Shown piece by piece: positions 17,869 to 27,091 of a DNA stretch of 64,000 bases. Both the position numbers and the translations under genes were made by a program. The notes under the pieces are model-generated. The model was not told the DNA's origin and did no database searches. It saw only the letters and a list, made by a program, of their open reading frames with translations. The stretch's first letter is position 1. Every line of letters starts with the position of its first letter. The stretch lies in the IMG/VR virus record IMGVR_UViG_3300020421_000013. One strand, 5' to 3'. Source of the DNA: an uncultured virus (IMG/VR IMGVR_UViG_3300020421_000013). Taxonomy: Duplodnaviria; Heunggongvirae; Uroviricota; Caudoviricetes; Crassvirales.

Positions 17869-20175
17869 CTATTTTATAATTTCGCTATTCAGACCTGAAT
17901 TGTTGTACTTTGCAAAGTTAACACTTATTTTGCTACGCTTTTTCTCAATCCTATTAATAAACCTTTGGTTTGCCATTATTGCTAATCCAGAGCTAATAGT
18001 GGCATCAAACTTGGTTCTATTGAATATATTATAGTTTGACCAATCTTTTAAAGTCCTCATAAAATACATTTTACCTACAGAACCTACATCTCTATAATTT
18101 CCAGTTGCATCCACTCCTACATTTCTTTCTATATACGCTTCAATAGATTCTGCGTGAACAGAAATAACTGGCTGTGAGGATGGTATGCCCCCTAGTTCTT
18201 TTTCAGACTTCGACAAATCATTTTTTGATTTATCTGGTCTATTCATTGCAAAAGCCCTATAGCCACGCTCTTTAAAATAATACAACAGTCTAGGTTTATT
18301 ATTTTCAACTAATATAGGCATGCTGTAAAAATGACAAGCCATCAATACATCTTCGTAAAATAACTCTGCTGTCTGTGGTCTTGCTATATATTCCAAAAAA
18401 AACAACTCTGAAGGTGCGTTATCGAAATTCACCTTCGTTAATCCATGAAGCGCCCCCTTTGATCCGCTTCCCCCTACAACTCCAGAAATGTCATAACTAT
18501 CACAACCAAAAGAGCCAATATGAATATTAAGTGGATAAAACTTGTCATTATCTCTTCGTACATTATTTCTCAATTCTTTAGGAGGTATCCAAGTTACGTA
18601 AAATTTGCCATTTCTAGAAGGAGTCCAGATAACATTTGATCCTCTAACACCATTTTCCCAATGAAAGTCTCCTCTATCAACAAAACTATTGGCTCCGTTT
18701 GTATCGTTAAAATCTATTTGCTCATATATCTTTTGAAGATTAAAAAGGCTGTTTTTTGATTCGTCCCTAAAAGCATGGTTTTCTGATCTAGGAAACTGCC
18801 TATAAAACTCGTTTAGAGCGTCAGGATCATTCTTCAAAGAATCAACTTCATTTTCCCAATAATCCAAAACACCTTGATATATGTAATCTCCGTGTATATC
18901 TATCAAAGGATCTTCAGGTGTTCTAAAAACAGGATGCCCATATTTATCTAAAAACCCCTCCATATTCCATTCCATAGGAATAAATAAATTATATAGTCCA
19001 GTTTTAGTTTGGCCATTAGCATTTCTTTCTGTAGGATTTGAATCGTAAAATAATTTCTTAAAATTGGATCCTCCTTTATCAAGAGCGTTTGAGGTAGACC
19101 CCATCATACACTTACCTATAATCCTTCTCCCTAATCTAAGACAAGTTTTAGTGACGCGCCAACTGTTGAGGATATTATCGGGTCGCTCCCACTTTCCAGA
19201 TTCATCATGCACGAGTAGCCTGAGTTTTTCACCGTCATAGGAATTGTCGCCTGTATTTTTCCAATCGATAGTTGTGTCAAGTCCTGCGAGCTCGTCTGTT
19301 TCTGTTTGTTCAATGTTTTTTCTGGTAAGCTTGGACGCTGGGACCCTGTATGCGAGCTCTGTCTTTGGCCTGTCCATTCCGTCTTGTATTGGCTTGAAAA
19401 AGAAGGGGTAGTTTGTTGATATTGGTACAACCTTATCTGTGAACATTTTTTTAGCATCAGCTCCAGATTTGGACAGTATCCCAAACCGTGCATCGGAAGT
19501 AATTGTTGCTTGAGCAACGGATTCAGATGAAGACATAAAGGAGAAGCCAGACCTTCTGTTTTTAAGATAGCACATTCCATAAGACCTATAGTCTGCTTTA
19601 CACGCTTCCCAGTAAATATAGAATATTCTATTAGACTCTCTGAACTCTGGGAGCCCAACATCAATCTTGGTCCACTGCAAGTACATGTAGTGAGAGCCAG
19701 TAATATAAGTAGGAACACTGTTGTTTTTAAACCAAAAACCATTTTCTCTTCTTTCGAATTCATTTTCAATGTAATCAACCCATGTTTCTTTGAATGAAGA
19801 TGGGTACTCATTCCACTGGAAAACGGTCTTAATTTTGAATAATTCTCTTGGATATTCTTCTGCTTCCCAATATTGTTCTTTCTTGTCATTACTCCTTGAA
19901 TGAACCTTTTTCGGCTGCAAAGGTAATGCAATTTTTAATCCGTTGATGTTGATCACTTCACCTACTTTACCCGTCTTGGATATAACTACAACATCGTATT
20001 TAGCGTTATAACCATAAACCCAAGATGAAGATTTGTTTTTTATCTTCTTTTCATTTTCTGGTATAGTTCCTATAGAGGTAAAAAGTCTAAGACTTTCTTC
20101 CTCTAGATTCAGCGAAACTTTGGAAGCCTGTATTTTTCTTTTCTGTGTCACCACCTTCAAGCTTTTCTCTCTCAA
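17869..20175 (-). CDS. terL: Terminase large subunit (start codon uncertain, non-ATG)
   Basis: LKNRRSGFS Walker A-like, LLVHDESGKW Walker B, GSTSN coupling motif, FGCDSYD nuclease, FDATISSGLA. Confidence 0.9.
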   Translation of the reverse strand: MREKSLKVVTQKRKIQASKVSLNLEEESLRLFTSIGTIPENEKKIKNKSSSWVYGYNAKYDVVVISKTGKVGEVININGLKIALPLQPKKVHSRSNDKKEQYWEAEEYPRELFKIKTVFQWNEYPSSFKETWVDYIENEFERRENGFWFKNNSVPTYITGSHYMYLQWTKIDVGLPEFRESNRIFYIYWEACKADYRSYGMCYLKNRRSGFSFMSSSESVAQATITSDARFGILSKSGADAKKMFTDKVVPISTNYPFFFKPIQDGMDRPKTELAYRVPASKLTRKNIEQTETDELAGLDTTIDWKNTGDNSYDGEKLRLLVHDESGKWERPDNILNSWRVTKTCLRLGRRIIGKCMMGSTSNALDKGGSNFKKLFYDSNPTERNANGQTKTGLYNLFIPMEWNMEGFLDKYGHPVFRTPEDPLIDIHGDYIYQGVLDYWENEVDSLKNDPDALNEFYRQFPRSENHAFRDESKNSLFNLQKIYEQIDFNDTNGANSFVDRGDFHWENGVRGSNVIWTPSRNGKFYVTWIPPKELRNNVRRDNDKFYPLNIHIGSFGCDSYDISGVVGGSGSKGALHGLTKVNFDNAPSELFFLEYIARPQTAELFYEDVLMACHFYSMPILVENNKPRLLYYFKERGYRAFAMNRPDKSKNDLSKSEKELGGIPSSQPVISVHAESIEAYIERNVGVDATGNYRDVGSVGKMYFMRTLKDWSNYNIFNRTKFDATISSGLAIMANQRFINRIEKKRSKISVNFAKYNNSGLNSEIIK
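17913..17920 (-). promoter_or_regulatory. Bacteroidota-type -7 element (TAACTTTG) upstream of portal
   Basis: TAnnTTTG in the 3' end of terL, ~50 nt before the portal ATG. Confidence 0.4.
19131..19742 (-). CDS. Candidate overprinted lipoprotein-like ORF in the +1 frame of terL
   Basis: ATG at 19742 after an A-rich leader; MVFGLKTTVFLLILLALTT-C signal-like start; 203 aa (frame open from at least 19931); local GC rise. Confidence 0.4.
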   Translation of the reverse strand: MVFGLKTTVFLLILLALTTCTCSGPRLMLGSQSSESLIEYSIFTGKRVKQTIGLMECAILKTEGLASPLCLHLNPLLKQQLLPMHGLGYCPNLELMLKKCSQIRLYQYQQTTPSFSSQYKTEWTGQRQSSHTGSQRPSLPEKTLNKQKQTSSQDLTQLSIGKIQATIPMTVKNSGYSCMMNLESGSDPIISSTVGASLKLVLD

Positions 20176-20371
20176 TTTGTATTCTGTTCAATATTTCAAA
20201 AGCATCAAAGATAGCAAGCTTTTTTGTTGCTGCTGCATTCTTCAATCTATCTGCTGCTAAATCAACCGAAGGGTCATCGGTAATAATTTCATCATGAGCA
20301 ACTTTTATAAGCTCTTCTACAGCTTTTTCTCCTGCCTCTATTACTCGAAGTATAGTTTCTTTAGTTCCCAT
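20087..20371 (-). CDS. Putative terminase small subunit
   Basis: LAADRLKNAAATKKLAIFDAFEILNRI motif; directly upstream of and overlapping terL; likely start MGTKET at 20371. Confidence 0.6.
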   Translation of the reverse strand: MGTKETILRVIEAGEKAVEELIKVAHDEIITDDPSVDLAADRLKNAAATKKLAIFDAFEILNRIQIEREKLEGGDTEKKNTGFQSFAESRGRKS

Positions 20372-20438
20372 TACACTTAAAGGTGTATTCAACTTCATAG
20401 TCACCCCAAGTTGTTGTGGTTATCCAATGTATTTTCAT
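20361..20438 (-). CDS. 25-aa hypothetical peptide (MKIHWITTTTWGDYEVEYTFKCNGN)
   Basis: Fills the gap with an AT-rich leader; overlaps the next start. Confidence 0.35.
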   Translation of the reverse strand: MKIHWITTTTWGDYEVEYTFKCNGN

Positions 20439-20439
20439 T

Positions 20440-20679
20440 TTATTTAATTTTATTTGTTGCATCTAATAGCCCTCTTTCGTATTCTGTTTTTTTCTCTAAC
20501 TCCATAAGTCTATTCTCGATTTTTTCCATAATCAAAACTTTTTCATCTAATCTTTCATGAACTAGATGTAGCTCATCTTTAAGTGCTGTAAATTCCGAGA
20601 ATATAGAACCTGCTGCAAAAACAGCAGCTATAAACGATATAACTACAGATAAATTATTTTTTATAAACGTATCTGCCAT
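20440..20679 (-). CDS. Small membrane-anchored coiled-coil protein
   Basis: 79 aa, N-terminal hydrophobic helix then heptads. Confidence 0.6.
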   Translation of the reverse strand: MADTFIKNNLSVVISFIAAVFAAGSIFSEFTALKDELHLVHERLDEKVLIMEKIENRLMELEKKTEYERGLLDATNKIK

Positions 20680-20771
20680 TATTTATTTTTTTTTGCTGGT
20701 TTATTTCTTCCATTTCTCTGTGCTCTTGTGCAGTGACTATATTTGCCTCGTCTGTTAAGTGATTTTCCCAT
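20679..20771 (-). CDS. 30-aa basic peptide (MGKSLNRRGKYSHCTRAQRNGRNKPAKKNK)
   Basis: Abuts the upstream stop; TAATG coupling to the downstream gene. Confidence 0.55.
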   Translation of the reverse strand: MGKSLNRRGKYSHCTRAQRNGRNKPAKKNK

Positions 20772-21341
20772 TTACGTAAACTCTACACAAATATCTTTTC
20801 TTCTCATCCGATATAGTTTTTCTCCATCTATTTCGAATTCATACTCACTGTCTTTGGTGTATCCTATTTCCAAACCATGTTTTAAACCTTGATTAATTAA
20901 GTTTTCATTGGTATATTTTAAAGTTCCTTTGTGTAATTCGTATGCACCTAAGGACACCTCCATATTCTCCTCCCCCTTCGGAGAGACAAAACAATAATCA
21001 TCAAAGCTAACCCAGTTATTATTTTTCTTAACAAGATAAATTTTATTAGATGGAACAAGATACAAATTATCTTTGAAATACTCGTTGCTCTTTCTTTCAT
21101 TACCTTTCATATCATAGTATGAACGAAAAACATTATGATGTAAAACAACTTGATCGCCTTCTTTTAAATCTCCAATATAAGATAGTGGGGTTTTTTTTAT
21201 TATTCCAAATCTATTGACATCTTTTGCATTTTCAATTGATGAGGTGATAATAACTCCTCCTTTCTCTCTGTTGTATTCTTGATTATTTTTTGGGCTAATT
21301 AAAAATGCACGTGTTGGTCTAAAAGTTAACATTATATTCAA
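20772..21341 (-). CDS. GroES-like (tandem co-chaperonin fold) protein
   Basis: FLISP..KGGVII..G.I...P..LKEGDQVV pattern, then a second half ending EYEFEIDGEKLYRMRRKDI. Confidence 0.55.
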   Translation of the reverse strand: MNIMLTFRPTRAFLISPKNNQEYNREKGGVIITSSIENAKDVNRFGIIKKTPLSYIGDLKEGDQVVLHHNVFRSYYDMKGNERKSNEYFKDNLYLVPSNKIYLVKKNNNWVSFDDYCFVSPKGEENMEVSLGAYELHKGTLKYTNENLINQGLKHGLEIGYTKDSEYEFEIDGEKLYRMRRKDICVEFT

Positions 21342-21537
21342 TTGTTATTGGAGTATTTATACTAAAAAATTTCCATTTTTTGACTTCTTTATTCTTTTGA
21401 ATCCATAAGTGATACCCTTCTTCATCTTGAGAGACAGCATGTATTTTCCATCTGCCACCCATAACCTCTTGCTCAACTACATAATGCATTGCGTTCTTAT
21501 AATCGGCACCAACTGATATTTTTCTTATGTAGTTCAT
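21319..21537 (-). CDS. Conserved small hypothetical protein
   Basis: 72 aa; IRKISVGADYKNAMHY..WKFF..PITIEYN. Confidence 0.7.
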   Translation of the reverse strand: MNYIRKISVGADYKNAMHYVVEQEVMGGRWKIHAVSQDEEGYHLWIQKNKEVKKWKFFSINTPITIEYNVNF

Positions 21538-21543
21538 TACGTT

Positions 21544-24500
21544 TTATTTTATTGCTAAATAGATGTAATCTACATCATAAGAGTTATGCCAAGTTCCTGT
21601 GCTATTTACAGTAAATTTATTAGTGCCTAAAACAAAAGCAGTTGCTGAAGCATCTTCTGCATCACTTAAATTAGCATATAATTCTTTTGAACCTCTTTGT
21701 GAATCTATTAAAATCCATCCTGTTGAACCTACTCCTTTGACTAATAAGAATCTTGGACTAAAACTTAAAGAAACATCAAGACCTGAAACCCCTGTCCCTG
21801 TATAGCTACCCACTTTCTGATAACCTGTTATAGATGTGAAGCAGTACATAATTGTACTTTCGCCTGATATATTTATGTTATTAGATGACCCTGCTCCATT
21901 TATTGTTACTACATCTGAAGTAGGATTAGTTTTATTTGTAGGATATTCGTTTTGACTACCGCTGTCTTGTTTTGAGCTAGTTGCATTTAAATATAACCAT
22001 TCCGAATCACTACCTATAAGAGGTGAATAAACAAGCCAATTTGCTGTTGCATCTGTATTTTTCCAAATTATAAGTTCTGGAGGTGAAGATAATGAATGAC
22101 CTACAGTAGCACCCTGTGTTCCATTTCCTGTATACTTCACTATAGAAAACCCTGCTTCATCATTTACACTTACTACACTATCTATAGAACCCTCTGTGTT
22201 TATCTGTGGTAAGTTGTCATCGTGGTCTCCTGCTTTCCAACACCAAGCGACGTAGTTTTGTGAACTTCTATTTACATAATAGTTACTTGTATTTGTTTGG
22301 TCTACTGTAAATCCATTTGTATTAAAAGATTCTAAAGCAGGGTTAGCAGTTTGGTCTATTTCAGCTATAGTTTGATTTGACGATAGTAAATATTGATTAC
22401 CTCTAACAGAATCAAATAATGCGTGGTGTGATGCATTTGTACGTTCTTTAACCCAAATTAGGTCAGGTTTAAAATCTGTATCAATACTTTGAGTTCCACC
22501 ATTCCCTGTATAAGTAACAACATCAAAACTATTCTCTACAGTTGGAGTAGTAGTATCAGGGTCTGCTGCTATAGCTAGGTAGATGTAAGTACCATTATTT
22601 GCATTTAAAACCCCATCCGTAGTGTTTATGCTAAATCCATTTGATAAGAAATTAATACCATTAGTTGCTCCAAAAGTACCTTCTGGTGCTGAATCTTGTG
22701 CATCTAAAAAGTCATCCATATTAGTTAAGGCATCTGCTCGTTTATTATCAGCCATTAACCATCTATCCCCACTATCTGTTCTTTTAAACAATATAAATGC
22801 AGGTTCAAATCCTGTTTCAACTAAATTACCTGAAGCTCCTGTGCCTGTATAATTACCAACTTTTTGTATTCCGTCTACGCTGTGGAAGCAGTAGGCTATA
22901 TAATCCTTACCTGATTGGTTTACTCTAGGGTCAAAACCAATAGGGAATATAGTGCTAGTTGGTGTTTGATTTTGGTTCATTACTGAAGCAGTATAAGCAG
23001 GTACGCCTGTACCATTTAAAATCATTTCATTATTAGTGCCTATACCTGCAACCCAAGTAAACCAATTTTGTGTTTCTGTTGTGCCTGTAGATAATCCTTT
23101 AATAATTCTAATTTCAGGAGCAGAAGAAAGTCCGTGTCCTACAGTAGAGTTAGAATTAACCCCTGTATATTTTACAATACTAAATCCTGCTTTTTGATTA
23201 GCTGATATTTTTGTTGCAGGTATTGTGCCTGCTAAAGCTGTAGTTAAATCAGCTCCATCAATTTTTACACTTCCAGCGGTTGGAACATTACCTGCCCCAG
23301 CTGAATTTGTAGCTGTAGGAGATCCTCCTGCATTGAAGCACCAAGAGACGTAATCATTATTATTTGTATTTATACCAACATTCGTACTTATTGTAAAACC
23401 GTTTGAATCAAAAGAAGTCAATCCTGTGGAATCTGTTGCTTCGGCTGCGGTAGTATTAGGATGTAGTTTTTTCGTTACTCCTCTTACAGTATCGTATAAT
23501 TGGTGTGCATAATTTGTATCTCTATCTTTAATCCAAACTAAATCAGGAGAAAAATTAGTAGCTTCTTGATAAGTTACGTTTGAAGCAGTGCCGTTGTATT
23601 CAGTATTTATACCCGCAAAACCAGTTGACGGTGTGTAGTCCCAAGCGGTTGACCCAAAGTTAGTTCTATGGTCATTATTTCCGCTAGATGTTCTTGACTC
23701 AGCAGCAACTAAAAACTTTCCACTTAATCCTGTAAATGCATTACCGTAACCAGTACCGTTTTTATAAAATTCAAGCGTGCCATTATCTAAATCAAGTTCA
23801 ACACCAATAATATCTCCATTAGAAAAACCTCCAGACATATATCCAGAAGTACTAACAGAACCATTATGATAAAGATTACCATTAACGTATAAACCCCAAG
23901 ACGTGCTTGATGTTCCAACTACGTAATGACTACCTAAATCTCCTGGTCTTGCAATACCAAAAGAAGATTCCGCCCCTATAGCAATAACCTCGTGTTCCCA
24001 ATACCATTTACCGCTAGATACAGAGTCAACACTATATCCTATTTTATTACCAGAGCCACCTGTCATTCTTAGATTACCCTCCGAGTAATTAGGTACTGAG
24101 CTAAGTGTAGAATCCCACGTTGTAAATACATAATCCAACCCACCTGTATCATTAGCATTCCCATCTAACTGGTATAAAGCAACAGCTGAACCATCAGAGA
24201 ATATATCAGTAACTGATTTAGATGCTGAAGCAAATGTTTCTCCATATAGAGTAGTTACTTCTGTAGAAGATAGTTCTTTGTTAAATATTCTTACTTGGTC
24301 TATTGAGCCATTTAACAGTGCGACTGTATTAGCAAAAGAACCAATTTCAAAATTATCTGAATTAGTCATCGTTGGAGCAGACGTTGTACCTGTTCCCGCA
24401 GAACCATTAACATATATTTGTGCATTTCCGCTTGAATCTAAAGTTCCTACAACGTTATACCAAACACCTACTGATGCAGTAACACCTGATGTAGCTTGTT

Positions 24501-24867
24501 GGTTGTATGTATTATTTTGTCTAATTGCGAAAGTGAATTGGTCTATAAAATCTTCATACCTTAATTGTAAGTATTGTGTATTAGAACCTGATACATAAAA
24601 TCCTTTACTTACTAAAGTGGCATCTGCACCTCCAGTTGGCAAAGCATTAAATTTAACCCAACAAGAAATAGACAAGTTTGAATAATTATCTGTTATCGGT
24701 GTAGAAATTGTACTATTACTACCATTAAATACAGCAGCTCTATTTATATAACCACCTATTTTTTGAGTACCTCCGTTTCCTGTATAGGTAACTGTATTGA
24801 AATAACCTGATGGTAGATTGCCTGAAGGGGCAATATCTGGTTGCGGTAAAAGTCTTTCATTAATCAT
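21544..24867 (-). CDS. Tail fibre/adhesin with LamG (ConA-like) and SPRY-like domains and duplicated YTGNG modules
   Basis: SISCWVK..WYNVV..IYVNG..GSIDQVRIFNKELS (LamG); GKWYWE..GDIIGVELDLDNGTLEFYKNG (SPRY); two PDLxWxKxR..YVxWCxxAG..GFSIVKYTG modules. Confidence 0.75.
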   Translation of the reverse strand: MINERLLPQPDIAPSGNLPSGYFNTVTYTGNGGTQKIGGYINRAAVFNGSNSTISTPITDNYSNLSISCWVKFNALPTGGADATLVSKGFYVSGSNTQYLQLRYEDFIDQFTFAIRQNNTYNQQATSGVTASVGVWYNVVGTLDSSGNAQIYVNGSAGTGTTSAPTMTNSDNFEIGSFANTVALLNGSIDQVRIFNKELSSTEVTTLYGETFASASKSVTDIFSDGSAVALYQLDGNANDTGGLDYVFTTWDSTLSSVPNYSEGNLRMTGGSGNKIGYSVDSVSSGKWYWEHEVIAIGAESSFGIARPGDLGSHYVVGTSSTSWGLYVNGNLYHNGSVSTSGYMSGGFSNGDIIGVELDLDNGTLEFYKNGTGYGNAFTGLSGKFLVAAESRTSSGNNDHRTNFGSTAWDYTPSTGFAGINTEYNGTASNVTYQEATNFSPDLVWIKDRDTNYAHQLYDTVRGVTKKLHPNTTAAEATDSTGLTSFDSNGFTISTNVGINTNNNDYVSWCFNAGGSPTATNSAGAGNVPTAGSVKIDGADLTTALAGTIPATKISANQKAGFSIVKYTGVNSNSTVGHGLSSAPEIRIIKGLSTGTTETQNWFTWVAGIGTNNEMILNGTGVPAYTASVMNQNQTPTSTIFPIGFDPRVNQSGKDYIAYCFHSVDGIQKVGNYTGTGASGNLVETGFEPAFILFKRTDSGDRWLMADNKRADALTNMDDFLDAQDSAPEGTFGATNGINFLSNGFSINTTDGVLNANNGTYIYLAIAADPDTTTPTVENSFDVVTYTGNGGTQSIDTDFKPDLIWVKERTNASHHALFDSVRGNQYLLSSNQTIAEIDQTANPALESFNTNGFTVDQTNTSNYYVNRSSQNYVAWCWKAGDHDDNLPQINTEGSIDSVVSVNDEAGFSIVKYTGNGTQGATVGHSLSSPPELIIWKNTDATANWLVYSPLIGSDSEWLYLNATSSKQDSGSQNEYPTNKTNPTSDVVTINGAGSSNNINISGESTIMYCFTSITGYQKVGSYTGTGVSGLDVSLSFSPRFLLVKGVGSTGWILIDSQRGSKELYANLSDAEDASATAFVLGTNKFTVNSTGTWHNSYDVDYIYLAIK

Positions 24868-24870
24868 GCT

Positions 24871-25350
24871 CTACAACGTTATATCGTAGTCAGCAACAGA
24901 AGATTTAGTCGTTAATGCTCCTATCTCCACCTCTTTAGCTTGGGCAGAAGTTCTTAGAGCATCCCTTTCTGATTGAGCGTCAGAAGGTATAGAAGTCCCT
25001 TTATCCAGTTGACGTATAAAAACCCAGTCTGTTTCCGATAACTTGTTATTAAGATTTGCTTTTAAGCTGTTTATTTTATTTTCTATCATTTCACTCAACG
25101 TTAGTGAAAACTGTTTTTCAACTATAGTATAAGTAAATCTCGTATTAGCTGAGTCCCACTTAACTTCTCCAAGCTTATGGGTGTTTGAATTATATTCAGG
25201 TGTATGTAAATCAAATAACCCCTCTGATTTTTGTTGAGCTTCTGACAAATTATTAAATCCTGAAATGTAATGCTTTTGCGATCCTACAAACTCTGAAGGA
25301 GCAGAAGTATAAATTGTAATTGTTCCGTTTCTATTTGTGGCCTTCATCAT
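24871..25350 (-). CDS. Tail fibre assembly/chaperone-like protein
   Basis: 159 aa; LSETDWVFIR..ERDALRT motif; adjacent to a fibre gene. Confidence 0.55.
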   Translation of the reverse strand: MMKATNRNGTITIYTSAPSEFVGSQKHYISGFNNLSEAQQKSEGLFDLHTPEYNSNTHKLGEVKWDSANTRFTYTIVEKQFSLTLSEMIENKINSLKANLNNKLSETDWVFIRQLDKGTSIPSDAQSERDALRTSAQAKEVEIGALTTKSSVADYDITL

Positions 25351-25730
25351 GTTGTTTGTGGTTTAGATATTGAATACCAAAATTGTTGTGATCCCGATGT
25401 CGCATCCACACATACTATTTGAAGTATTGATTTATTTGATGCTGTCTCATCCATTGCAGTTAATCCAATTTTATTAAACGTCCCTCCTGGACTTCCTCCA
25501 CTAGCAGTAAATGCCAATGTTCTTGCTGTTCCATCTCCTGTTAAAACGATGTTTTTAACCATTCCAGCCTCAGCATTTTGAATATTAAAAGTAGTATTGT
25601 CGTTTGGTGTAACAGTAAAAGTTGAAGCAGAATCAAAATCAACATTTATAGTCGAAGAAGGACTCAAAGCTACTACTGTTCCAAAGAACTCCGATCCTAG
25701 TACTGAATTTTTTATTTTTGTTCTTGCCAT
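25347..25730 (-). CDS. Small virion/tail protein
   Basis: 127 aa beta-rich; MARTKI N-terminus like neighbouring fibre genes. Confidence 0.55.
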   Translation of the reverse strand: MARTKIKNSVLGSEFFGTVVALSPSSTINVDFDSASTFTVTPNDNTTFNIQNAEAGMVKNIVLTGDGTARTLAFTASGGSPGGTFNKIGLTAMDETASNKSILQIVCVDATSGSQQFWYSISKPQTT

Positions 25731-25766
25731 AATTTTAGTGTTTCTGTGTGACTATCTTGGATAATG

Positions 25767-25774
25767 CAAATTTA
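25767..25774 (-). promoter_or_regulatory. Bacteroidota-type -7 element (TAAATTTG)
   Basis: Intergenic, upstream of the ATG at 25730. Confidence 0.55.
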
Positions 25775-25832
25775 CGCTTTTATTGAACACATGTTTTTTA
25801 TAAAATCTTTTACTTTAGTGAATGCAATTTAA

Positions 25833-26177
25833 TTAGGGTTTAGTTGGTTTTGTAGTAGGAAAAGCATCTGTATCAGTCCAATCTCTTAACTCCTGCCTAT
25901 ATGTTACCCATGCAGCGTGATTAGGATAATCAGTTGTTGGAACTATAAAGTCTGTTGCTTGTAGTTCTGCATTTCTCCACTCCCTAGCTTCAGTTTCTAT
26001 TTCCTCAGTTGTTTTAATAGGGTGGCTAAATCCGTCATTTTCATTCCACAAGTCGCCCTCTTTAAAACCATCTTCAAACTCTACCCAAGTACCGTCAAAA
26101 TCATTTATATATTGACTTTCTACATTTATAATGCTTTTTTGAACTACGCCGTTTTCTACTTTAATGTATTTTTGCAT
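25833..26177 (-). CDS. Phage tail fibre assembly chaperone
   Basis: AREWRNAELQATDF..WVTYRQELRDW..FP..KP motif. Confidence 0.75.
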   Translation of the reverse strand: MQKYIKVENGVVQKSIINVESQYINDFDGTWVEFEDGFKEGDLWNENDGFSHPIKTTEEIETEAREWRNAELQATDFIVPTTDYPNHAAWVTYRQELRDWTDTDAFPTTKPTKP

Positions 26178-26187
26178 AATGTTTTTT

Positions 26188-27090
26188 TTAATAGTAAAAA
26201 ATTATTGAACCATCGCCTGCCCAATAATATATGTCGGTGGAAGAAGCGTGTGATGCTATAAGCCCCCCATTGCCATAACCTTGATGGTTACCCCCTTCTC
26301 TAGAATTATCCGCTTCATAATAATGAACTCCACCACCGCCACCAAAACCAAACACTCCAAATTGGGGAGCGTAAGATTGTTGAGTTTGGCTAGACCCTGA
26401 TAATGCGTAGATGCCATTTGCAGAAGTTAGCGTTAATCCTCCAGTTATTGTTGACTCACTTGGCTCTCTTGTTTCTCGTAATGCCCAACTATAGGTGCGC
26501 CTTACGCCACCCTCTCCAATAGATAAAACTAAATCAGTTGATGCAGTTCCAATAGTTGCAATTCCTTGTAAAATTTTGCCACCTCGACCACCTGACCCAA
26601 TATATCCGCCAGTGCTAGCTCCATAATTTCCGCCACCGACTAACATATATCCAAGTTGGTCACCATCGGATAAACCTAAATCATTAGCAGGGTTTACGGT
26701 GTTAACGCTATTTATTGTTACTGCTTGGTTTCCTTGTACATCCGCAGTAGTATTGGATGTTAAATTATAGGTAACTCCTGCATTATCAAATTTTTGTGTC
26801 GAGCCTGCCGTATTAGTACCTAAAGTATAAGTATATCCACCAGTTGTAATTGTTTGTCCTGCTATTAAATCAGCAAATCTACCCGTCAAGAACCAAGTAG
26901 CGGGAAAGTTTCCTAATGTTAACGTAGAGCTGCCAGATGCTGTAAATCCAATAGCTTGGCAAGAAATGCTGCTAAATATTTTATTAGGGAAAGCAGCTCC
27001 AGAGTTTACGCTACTATATTTCTTTTCTTTTGTGAATCCTCCTCCACCTCCACCGCCTGCTGCTGCAAAAAAATCTGTAAAATTATTCAT
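26188..27090 (-). CDS. Glycine-rich tail fibre tip protein
   Basis: 300 aa; YMLVGGG, GGRGG, GDGSIIFYY end; followed by a chaperone gene. Confidence 0.6.
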   Translation of the reverse strand: MNNFTDFFAAAGGGGGGGFTKEKKYSSVNSGAAFPNKIFSSISCQAIGFTASGSSTLTLGNFPATWFLTGRFADLIAGQTITTGGYTYTLGTNTAGSTQKFDNAGVTYNLTSNTTADVQGNQAVTINSVNTVNPANDLGLSDGDQLGYMLVGGGNYGASTGGYIGSGGRGGKILQGIATIGTASTDLVLSIGEGGVRRTYSWALRETREPSESTITGGLTLTSANGIYALSGSSQTQQSYAPQFGVFGFGGGGGVHYYEADNSREGGNHQGYGNGGLIASHASSTDIYYWAGDGSIIFYY

Positions 27091-27091
27091 A

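Noticed and set aside
17869..20175. Intein or intron in terminase (also checked in primase-helicase)
   Set aside because: Motif spacing is continuous, with no intein-like termini or homing endonuclease motifs
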